Assembly (NCBI RefSeq): GCF_000427095.1
Contig: NC_021487.1
Span: forward strand, 1,358,924-1,390,923
Direction of reading: 5' to 3'
Length of the DNA: 32,000 nt
From: Chthonomonas calidirosea T49
GTDB taxonomy: Bacteria; Armatimonadota; Chthonomonadetes; Chthonomonadales; Chthonomonadaceae
The notes beneath the pieces are model-generated. The model saw only the letters and a program-made list of their open reading frames with translations. It ran no database searches and was not told the origin of the DNA. Within the stretch, counting starts at the first letter, position 1; each line of letters opens with the position of its first letter. Shown one piece after another: positions 18,583 through 27,000 of the stretch. A program made the translations under genes and the position numbers.

Positions 18583-20304
18583 ATGCACGTAGAGGAAGAA
18601 GAAAGCGTCTTTCCCGAAACACGTCCTCTTATCTATCATGCCCGCTCTCTATCAAATCGGCCTTGGGAGCAGCGCTACACGCCATTTGAAAGCGTTGGTC
18701 AGCTTCTGCAAGTGCAGACGCAGGCCCATCCAACAGCATGCTACCTGACCTTTTATGATGAGAGCGGGCCGGTAGTCTCTTATACCTACGCGGAATTTCT
18801 ACAACGAGCCTCGCAGGTTGCTTCCCTTTTACAGAGCCTAGGTGTTACCGAGGGACATCGCGTCGCAACCCTCATGGCCAACGATCCACGCACCGTGTTC
18901 ATCTATTTCGGCGCTTGGCTTCTCGGAGCTACGGTCGTTCCGCTCAACATCGGTTCAGAGGACCAACAGCTTGGCTACATCCTCTCCAATGCAAAAGTGA
19001 GGGTGGTCTTTGCCTTTGACGATCAGCTTTCTCGGGCACAACAGCTGTGGTCTTCGAATGCCGTTTCTCATTCCCTCATCGCAACCGGCAGCAGCAACGG
19101 CCGTAACGGCGTACCTTACTTTGAACAACTGCTCGACAACTATACAGCACCTCCCTCCTTGCCAAGCCTATGCCCCGACACGGAGGCGCTGATCGTCTAT
19201 ACTTCGGGCACCACGGGGCCACCTAAGGGCGTTATTCTCGACCACGCTAATCTTCTGGCGGATGCTTGCAGCATCGCCGAATGGAACCGCTTCGACCCTG
19301 ACGATCGGGCCATCAATGTGCTTCCTATCCATCATGTAAACGGAACCGTAGTGACCCTTTTAACGCCGCTCTATTCAGGCGGCAGCGTCGTGTTGAACCG
19401 GCGGTTTTACGCGCAATCCTTCTGGAAAACGATCGAAACGGAACGGTGCACCTGGAGTAGTGTGGTACCCACCGTACTAGCCTTTCTCTGTGAGCGTAAC
19501 GACGATATAACCCAATACAATCTGTCTCGCTTCCGTCATATCCTTTGTGGGGCTGGCCCTCTCACCACCGAGCTGGCGCGTCGCTTTGAAACCCAGTTTC
19601 GTATCCCGCTCATTCACGGTTATGGCCTATCAGAAACGACTTGTTACTCCTGCTTTTTGCCTATTTCTCTCGATGAACCAACACGCCGCTATTGGCTCAC
19701 CGAATGCGGCTTCCCCTCTATCGGCTGCCCACTTCCGGTAAATGAGATGGCTATTCATGATGCTAACGGCAACCCTCTTCCACCCGGCGAGCGGGGAGAG
19801 ATCGTCATTCGAGGGCACAACGTCATGCGCTGTTACTACGCCCGCCCGGAGGCCAACCGCGATACCTTCGCCCACGGATGGTTCCGTTCGGGTGATGAGG
19901 GGTTTTATCTGGTTGGTCAAGATGGTAATCCCTACTTCTTTATTACCGGCCGCATCAAAGAGCTGATCATTCGCGGTGGGGTGAACTACTCTCCCTTCGA
20001 CATAGATGAGGTTCTTAACGCGATTCCGGGAGTGCGTGCTGCCATGGCTGTAGGCTTTGAGAACGACTACTATGGAGAGGAGATCGGTGCCTATGTACAA
20101 CGTGAAGAGGGCAGCGATCTCACCGAAGAGGCCATTATAGCTGCCTGTAGAAAGCGATTGCCTTTCGAAAAATGCCCCAAAGTGGTCGTCTTCGGCGAGA
20201 CCTTTCCGGTTACCTCCACTGGAAAATACCAAAGAAACAAGCTGAAACCCTTGTTCTCCGCCTGGAAGTCGGTACAATTTAGGGAAGAGAAGCCTACAAA
20301 CTAG
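18583..20304 (+). CDS. AMP-forming acyl-CoA synthetase/ligase-like protein (ANL superfamily)
   Basis: IVYTSGTTGPPKGVILDHANLLADA, GYGLSETTC, GWFRSGDEGF, GRIKELIIRGGVNYSPFDIDEVL, TSTGKYQRNKL. ATG 18583 has GAGGAG upstream; the track start 18385 adds 66 unlikely residues. Confidence 0.93.
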   Translation: MHVEEEESVFPETRPLIYHARSLSNRPWEQRYTPFESVGQLLQVQTQAHPTACYLTFYDESGPVVSYTYAEFLQRASQVASLLQSLGVTEGHRVATLMANDPRTVFIYFGAWLLGATVVPLNIGSEDQQLGYILSNAKVRVVFAFDDQLSRAQQLWSSNAVSHSLIATGSSNGRNGVPYFEQLLDNYTAPPSLPSLCPDTEALIVYTSGTTGPPKGVILDHANLLADACSIAEWNRFDPDDRAINVLPIHHVNGTVVTLLTPLYSGGSVVLNRRFYAQSFWKTIETERCTWSSVVPTVLAFLCERNDDITQYNLSRFRHILCGAGPLTTELARRFETQFRIPLIHGYGLSETTCYSCFLPISLDEPTRRYWLTECGFPSIGCPLPVNEMAIHDANGNPLPPGERGEIVIRGHNVMRCYYARPEANRDTFAHGWFRSGDEGFYLVGQDGNPYFFITGRIKELIIRGGVNYSPFDIDEVLNAIPGVRAAMAVGFENDYYGEEIGAYVQREEGSDLTEEAIIAACRKRLPFEKCPKVVVFGETFPVTSTGKYQRNKLKPLFSAWKSVQFREEKPTN

Positions 20305-20319
20305 GAGTGCACACCGAAA

Positions 20320-21099
20320 ATGCAGCTTGGCGAAAAGAGTTGGCCCGAAGCCCATGAGCTGGCCGATAAGGTGGTTGTGTTGCCCCTTGGTTCTTTCGAA
20401 CAGCATGGGCACCATCTCCCTTTGCTTACCGATACGCTCATCTGCACCGAAATTGCTCGCCGCGCCGAAGCCGCCCTTGGCGATGCGGTTCTTTTTCTAC
20501 CAGTGCTCTGGGTGGGCGCTTCCGATCATCATCGCGCCTTTCCGGGCACCATTAGCGTCAGCAACGAACTCTACGTCGCTCTCCTCTGCGATATGATCGA
20601 AAGCCTTATCGGATCGGGCTTCCGAAAGATCTTTCTCCTCAATGCCCATGGAGGCAACATCACACCGGGACGCATGGCCATCTATCGCGCTCAGATGCGA
20701 CATAAGGACCTCACCGATCTGTGGATCGCCCTAGGAACCTGGTGGACGCTCGCTGCCGACGCGGTTGCGGCTGTGCCAGAGCTCCAGCAACTTGTGGTGA
20801 GCCATGCCTGTGAACAAGAGACCAGCATGATCCTTTGCCTTCGTCCCGAACTGGTACGTCGTGAGCTCGCCACCGGTGCCAACATCCCTTTTGAATCGGC
20901 CTTCTATTGCCCAGATTTCTCAAGCCCTAGCCGCGTGGATGTGCCTCGTGCTTTCGACCAACTGAGCCAAACCGGTGCCTTTGGTCACCCGGAATTGGCT
21001 ACCCAAGAAAAGGGTGAGGCGCTCTTTCAGGCCGTCGCCGAACAGGTGGTCAGCTTTCTACGCGAATTCGCAACCTGGCCCTCTCTAACACCTCAATGA
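20320..21099 (+). CDS. Creatininase / MftE-like amidohydrolase family protein
   Basis: 259 aa: VVVLPLGSFEQHGHHLPLLTDTLICTEIARRAEAAL, KIFLLNAHGGN, HACEQETSMILCL. Confidence 0.9.
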   Translation: MQLGEKSWPEAHELADKVVVLPLGSFEQHGHHLPLLTDTLICTEIARRAEAALGDAVLFLPVLWVGASDHHRAFPGTISVSNELYVALLCDMIESLIGSGFRKIFLLNAHGGNITPGRMAIYRAQMRHKDLTDLWIALGTWWTLAADAVAAVPELQQLVVSHACEQETSMILCLRPELVRRELATGANIPFESAFYCPDFSSPSRVDVPRAFDQLSQTGAFGHPELATQEKGEALFQAVAEQVVSFLREFATWPSLTPQ

Positions 21100-21374
21100 A
21101 AAGGAACATACCCATGCAAAACCCCGCTCAGTCGCATCCTCTCCAAAGGTACCTAAATAGCACAGTGACCGTCTACTATCACACGAGTTACTCCGACAGT
21201 GGCGCCTTAACCTATCTAGATGCCCACTGGGTGGAGCTAGTAAAAGCGAACGGCGAGCGTCTCCTTATTCCTACCAATGGCATTCGAATCATCAAGTTGC
21301 AAACGGCCGCAGAAGCCGATTCGAACACTCTCGTTCGGGCTAGTGCGCCCGATTCCTCTCAAGAAGAACGGTAA
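21096..21374 (+). CDS. Small protein, possibly Sm/LSm (Hfq)-like beta-barrel
   Basis: 92 aa; ATGA overlap with the upstream gene (alternative ATG 21114 after AAGGA). PLQRYLNSTVTVYYHTSYSDSGALTYLDAHWVELVKANGERLLIPTNGIRIIKL resembles the Sm1/Sm2 spacing. Confidence 0.6.
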   Translation: MKRNIPMQNPAQSHPLQRYLNSTVTVYYHTSYSDSGALTYLDAHWVELVKANGERLLIPTNGIRIIKLQTAAEADSNTLVRASAPDSSQEER

Positions 21375-21521
21375 GCTTGCTTGAGGTCTCTCTAACAAGC
21401 TAATATGCTCGCAAAAAGCGGCATAGAGGAGATTCTTCGTTTATTCGATGGAGAGAGACGGGCATCGAATCGTGTGCCAAACTGGCAGCGATCTTTTTCG
21501 GGACACTGCTTGTATCAAAGC

Positions 21522-22655
21522 TCAATAGCCTGAGGTGAGCGCGTGGGCAAGAATGTCGCAAACATGGCCTTCTAGTCCTATATCTATCACGGTAGAAAGG
21601 GTTTTAGGGGCAGCCATCAGTAACTGCAAGATGCGCGATACCGTTGGCTTATCGCCCACTGTTTCTGCAGCTAAAGCCCACCATACCACACGTCCGAGTT
21701 CGTCCTCCGTCATTAACTTGGAGGGCAAATAGAGCGCTTGTTTACGCAAAGCGAAGTAGAGCGCACGGGTCTCATTCGTTTTTGGCAGCCAGGCGATCGC
21801 CATAAGCTGTGCCATCTGATCGGGGTACCATACCATGGGCTGTTTTACCTCGATGCCGACTCCGTCGGCCTGGCGTCCAACAAGAAAATGGCCCCGACCC
21901 CTACTGTCAGATATCCAAAGCAGCGTGTTAATGGCCTCTAGCGTCGAACGGGCTCGATGTCTATAGAGGCGTGCCAACTGCGGACGATGCATTTTTTGCG
22001 CGAACTCAGCGGCAGCTACCCACCCTTTATAGACCTCCACGTTATCCATAGTATACATGGCTGGATAGCGTGGCTTTGCCATAGTGAGCCCGTTCGTTTG
22101 CAGCGTCAAGCAGACGCTGTTTGCGAGCTTAGGAAGCACGGCCAGGAGTTTTTGCTCCCAAGAGGGGTCTTTAGCAACCTGTAGATACTTCCAGGCTAAC
22201 TCCATAAACGTGGCGGCATAGGCGTCGGTTGAGTCGTAATCGTTGGTGGAACGCCAAGCGCCTATATCCCCCGAATAGTCGTAGATCGTGCCATCCGCGT
22301 TCATATGGGCTATATACCACTCTTGCCATCGCTTTACGGCCTGAAGGAGACCAGGATCATGGGTTATCCTATAGGCATCGAGCAGCCCCATCGCCGCGTA
22401 ATTTGCTACGTAGGGTGAGAGGCGATAGGGAGGCCGATCGCCCATGACGAGGGCACCATCCGATCGCTGTTGTGCTATAATGGCCTTTACAACAGACACT
22501 AGTGTGGCAGCCAACGCATTTCGCTGCCATTTGGCAACAGGAGAATAGGAATCGAGAGTTTGTGGCAACCCCTTTCCCGCACCGATCGCAGTCCAGCAGA
22601 TCAGCAGACATAGAAAATGCCTACTCTTCACCATGATGTCGTTGTATCTCTCCAA
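21522..22655 (-). CDS. Secreted protein of probable alpha/alpha (six-hairpin glycosidase-like) fold
   Basis: 377 aa, signal peptide, YRLSPYVANYAAMGLLDAYRITHDPGLLQAVKRWQEWYIAHMNADGTIYDYSGDIG...STDAYAATFMELAWKYL. Track start is TTG; ATG 22634 is plausible. Confidence 0.65.
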   Translation of the reverse strand: MERYNDIMVKSRHFLCLLICWTAIGAGKGLPQTLDSYSPVAKWQRNALAATLVSVVKAIIAQQRSDGALVMGDRPPYRLSPYVANYAAMGLLDAYRITHDPGLLQAVKRWQEWYIAHMNADGTIYDYSGDIGAWRSTNDYDSTDAYAATFMELAWKYLQVAKDPSWEQKLLAVLPKLANSVCLTLQTNGLTMAKPRYPAMYTMDNVEVYKGWVAAAEFAQKMHRPQLARLYRHRARSTLEAINTLLWISDSRGRGHFLVGRQADGVGIEVKQPMVWYPDQMAQLMAIAWLPKTNETRALYFALRKQALYLPSKLMTEDELGRVVWWALAAETVGDKPTVSRILQLLMAAPKTLSTVIDIGLEGHVCDILAHALTSGY

Positions 22656-22921
22656 AATTTGAGTTCTTCGTGATAAGTTTACCCTGTGTCGGTAATGCTC
22701 TCCTTGATTCTTCGTGCATGGTAACGGTAAACTTTGACATTCTGCCTAAAGTTCAAGTCAGGGAGTTCTTGCTCAATCGCGAGATCTGTGCAAAGTTAAT
22801 TTCCTTAATGCCGTCGTGGTGGAACCAGAAGCTAGGCAGAGGCGGTCTAATCTCAAAAAACCGGGCAGCCAGATCTCCGATCAAAGCAAAATTCAGTCCG
22901 GTAAAGGAGGAGTTATAATCT

Positions 22922-23947
22922 ATGACTTCGGAGACACAACAACCCGTTAGCCCCGAACGAATCCTTCAACTTATGTGGGGGCATGCAGCTCCCATGATCA
23001 TCTATGCGGGGCTTCGCAACAATGTCTTTGAGGAGCTAGCCGCAGGCCCACTGACCATTGACCGGATCCACGCAAAAACAGGCGCCTCCGTTCGTGGACT
23101 GAAGGCGCTGTTAAACGCTTTGGTCGGCCTTGGTCTGTTAGCAAAAGACACAGCAGGCCATTATCTACTCACCCCAGAAAGCGCCGCCTTCCTTGTGCGA
23201 AAAAGCCCGTCCTACTACGGCGAGCTGTTTCGCCATACCTACGAACAGCTCATTCCGAACTGGCTGGGGTTGGCCGAGATCGTGCGAAGTGGAAAGCCCA
23301 TCGTGAGTCTTGACCAGACCGACAACGGAACTGCTTTTTTTGAAAAGTTCGTTGAAGCGCTCTTTCCACTTAACTCCGGTGCTGCTAACGCGCTTGCCGA
23401 ATCGCTGTGTCTTCCGCAACTCAGCGCTCCCTACTCTGTACTCGACGTTGCCGCAGGGTCGGGCGTATGGAGCATCTGCCTTGCCATGAAGTCTCCCCAA
23501 GTGTGGGCTACAGTTGTAGACTTTCCTCAGGTCCTAACGGTCACCCGTCGGATGCTTTCGCGTTTTGGACTAACCGATCGCTTTCGATTAGTTGGGGGAG
23601 ATATGCATACGGCCGATTTTGGGAAAGACCATCAGATAGCCATTCTGGGGCACATTCTGCACAGCGAAGGCGAAATGCGCAGTCGTGAACTGCTGGCAAA
23701 GACCTATCAGGCGCTTGCTCCAGGAGGTACCATTGCCATCGCCGAATTTCTTGTGAACGAAGACCGCACCAGTCCTCCCCACGCACTCATTTTCGCTGTT
23801 AACATGCTTGTGCATACCGAGCAAGGCGACACTTACTCTTTTAACGAGATCAGACGTTGGCTTGAAGAGGTCGGCTTTCAGCACGTACGTTCCTTGGATG
23901 TACCGGCAGCTTCCCCGCTTATTTTGGCAACGAAGCCACCAACCTAG
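22922..23947 (+). CDS. SAM-dependent O-methyltransferase (methyltransferase family 2 / acetylserotonin-type)
   Basis: 341 aa: N-terminal dimerisation winged helix (TIDRIHAKTGASVRGLKALLNALVGLGLL), VLDVAAGSGVWSICLA, LHSEGEMRSRELLAKTYQALAPGGTIAIAEFL. RBS GGAGGAG. Confidence 0.92.
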   Translation: MTSETQQPVSPERILQLMWGHAAPMIIYAGLRNNVFEELAAGPLTIDRIHAKTGASVRGLKALLNALVGLGLLAKDTAGHYLLTPESAAFLVRKSPSYYGELFRHTYEQLIPNWLGLAEIVRSGKPIVSLDQTDNGTAFFEKFVEALFPLNSGAANALAESLCLPQLSAPYSVLDVAAGSGVWSICLAMKSPQVWATVVDFPQVLTVTRRMLSRFGLTDRFRLVGGDMHTADFGKDHQIAILGHILHSEGEMRSRELLAKTYQALAPGGTIAIAEFLVNEDRTSPPHALIFAVNMLVHTEQGDTYSFNEIRRWLEEVGFQHVRSLDVPAASPLILATKPPT

Positions 23948-24005
23948 AATAGTTGGCTGCTAGCGCCAGAGAAATAAAAGAAAGACATGTCAAGGGAGAA
24001 CGGTC

Positions 24006-24036
24006 ATGTAGGGCGACCCGCTGGGTCGCCCTACAT
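24006..24036. repeat. Perfect inverted repeat ATGTAGGGCGACCC-GCT-GGGTCGCCCTACAT
   Basis: 14-bp perfect stem with 3-nt loop between the convergent ends of the methyltransferase gene and the giant ORF. Confidence 0.85.
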
Positions 24037-24062
24037 AGTGAGGGTGTCGAGACTGGAGCAGC

Positions 24063-27000
24063 TTACTGTCCAACGAGATCTGGATAGAGTTTGGGCGCAA
24101 AAGCAGCCATATAGAGATCAGTTGTGCCCGCGCGAGTGCTTGTCCAGAACAACCACAGGCGGTTCAGCAGCGGGTCTTTTAACACAGCGATCTGTCCTTC
24201 GTTGACAGATCCATCAACGGGCAACGGAGCTTCGTAAACATCGTTGCCAAGGGTATCGCTCATCTCGTCTCCCCAGGCAACTTGATAGGTCAACGTTCCG
24301 GAGTTCCCCGTGGTATTCGTAGCCGGATTGTAGTAGGTGTAGGTTACCTGCACCTGATTGCCCTCATCCGCCTCCGTAAAGTAGATGCGTCCTCGCTGCC
24401 AGTCCACCTCGTAAGGTCCTCTTGCGCCCGTGACCGTCAGACCCACGATTTGCGTGCCACTAGCGGTCTTAGCCACTGCCACTGGATAGGGTAGTGTTAT
24501 CATCAGACGCATTGTCTTGAAGTAGATGGCCGACTTTGTCTTCCCTCCCACATCCGTCTTGTGGTAGAAAAGCCATAGCCTGTCAGTGAGCATCGCCGGC
24601 CCGTTCGCTCCTAATGGCTGGCCATTAGGAGCGAAAACCACCACCGGACTAGTAAGGAGTTGTCGTGGATTCGGGCTGCGATCCAGCAATACATCCGGAG
24701 CCGTGTTGATTCCGACCGCATCTACAGCCGGGTGGGCACGGAATGCCATCGGCAGCGGATTGGTTGGGATATTGCCATAACCGTCGGCAACAATCAGGTT
24801 GCTGTCATCACGGCTCGTGTTAAGCCGCATGACCTGAGGAATGTAGCTTATCCGCACAATATCCGTACTTCGCGGTGGAACGTCCGGGAAGCGCACAATG
24901 CCGGCCTGCGGGTCGATCACGATGCGCCCACCGAGAGCCGAATTAAAGGTGATGGTTTGCGACGCGGGATCAAAGGTGCCAGGCCCCGCCAGCAACTGGA
25001 GCACGTTGCCATTTTGGTCAATCCGTTCCAAAGAAAGGTAGGGTTGCGGGTTATTGCTAAACGGTTGTTGATTGTTATAACCTATATACCAACCCACGTC
25101 ACGTGCAACAAAATGGTTCGTCGCCCCAGCACGCGTCAACGTCTCATCGGTTACCGGCGGCAACGGCAGCACAAAGAGCTGACCAGGCGTCATCACCGGA
25201 GCATTGGCACCGAGGTTCTCGCCACGATAGATGCCATAGCGGATCATAAGAGTCTCGGCATGATCCCCTCGCCCTGGCAATACACCAGTAAAGTAGAGGT
25301 CAATGGCATCGAAGACCCGTACATCGGGATTCGGATTAAACGGATTTTGTGCATAGACACGACGATAGATTGGAACGGGATGGCTCTGCTGCCCCAAGGT
25401 AATAGGCGTAGGCAGGAGGATTCCATCCGGCTGCCAACCTGCTTCAGAAAGCGTGCCGCTTAAACTGGTGCTTAAATTGAAGTTATAGTAGATTTGAGTA
25501 TGATCTTGGCGCCCCACAGAGTAGAACAGATAGAGAAACTTCTGAGCAGGAACGTTGCGCCCACTATCGGCAGCCAATTTCACCAGTAAAGGCGCGGGAG
25601 TGTACTTTGGAACGGATGGATTTCCAGGTACGAAGTTCGGTGTGCCTTGGGGTACGTAAGGATAGGTTGGGCTCAACGGCTGCCAGAAGAACCGCATCTC
25701 CGTAACTTCCTGATTCGGAGCGGTCTGTTTTTGTACCTGACCGGCAAAGAAGAGGTAGGCCTCATTGTCAGCCGGTGGCCCGACGGTGATATTGCCGTTG
25801 GCAGCAACATCGTTAGCAGTCGCTACGGTGGGACTGGCAAACTGCACCGTACCCGGTATCAGCGTTCCAGGTATGGTATTGTCACCCGTCGTTGGGAAGA
25901 GCGTCTGTAGCAAACCGGCATTGGTGAGATCGAGCAAGGGCGCCGTTGGATTCCACCACTGCTGCAGGTTCGGTTGGCCGAACTGAGCAAAACTCATGTA
26001 GCCTACTCCACCCATCGAGCCTAGATTGAGGTAGGGCATGGTAAGCCAACTATAGAGAATATCAGATGGGCTTGTGGGGCCTGGGGCTGTATTGCCGCGC
26101 AACGAGTCGGAAGTCCAGTAGAGATAGAGGCTACTGGTATTATCGGCTGCAGGATAAAGGACGGCAGCCGGCAGCATGTTAAAACCGGTGGGTAACGTAG
26201 CGTTCGGGCTGGATTTCTCCAAGTTGTTCGGTGCCGCAAAGTTCACCGTATCAATTTGGCTCAAGCTGCCCTGGGTGGTTCCCCCTGTAAGGCGGTTTGG
26301 TACGACCGTAACCTTTATCTGAATACCGGGGTTCGCGTAAGCCTCCAGGGCCTGCCCCACCGGATTGGTATTCAGAATATCATCGTCGTTGCCGGCCAAA
26401 GCACTACTGCCATAGTTACTTCCCGACGTAGCCAACCACTCTCTCCACTGCAGCGGCATCTCGTCCTCATAGGGAACAACCGTTCCCACATAGGTTCCCA
26501 CCGGCGTGCCGAGGGGCACGGTGATGCCGAGCTTGGGCGCCTGAGGTGTGAAGCCGTTACCACTCGGCACATAGCCATGCGGTACATCGGGGATTGTAGC
26601 CACCGTGCCTTGTGCATCTCCGGGCAAGGGTTTATGCAGCGTAGGATAGGGCTGCAGGTTATTAGGCGTCCAGAACGGGTTTGGGATCGGATAGAGGTCG
26701 GTGTCACTCAGATTCGCCTGACCGTTATTGTAAGGATGGTCGAAGGAGGAAACGAACCCGATGTTGCCCGTTCCTGGCGTGGGAATAGGGCTGTTTGCCG
26801 AGCCGAAGGGTGGTGCAAGCAGCCACGAGGAGAAGAGTTGATCAACCTGATCGCTCTGCAGCCCTTGGGCCACGGCAGCTCCTGTCGCAGGTGCGAGGCC
26901 TGGAGTCAAGGAGGAGGCGCTAAATGTAGAGCCGGGTTGCCCTATCAGTGTAGCGATGCGCAAATCCACAAGGTTCACGTTGCTGTCGCTCACCAGAGTG

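Noticed and set aside
22907-22921. TATAAT immediately before the methyltransferase ATG
   Set aside because: It lies between the GGAGGAG ribosome-binding site and the start codon, too close to act as a -10 for this gene unless the transcript is leaderless.
24660-25463. 267-aa plus-strand ORF
   Set aside because: Antisense to the giant gene, no recognisable motif, compositionally like other shadow ORFs there.
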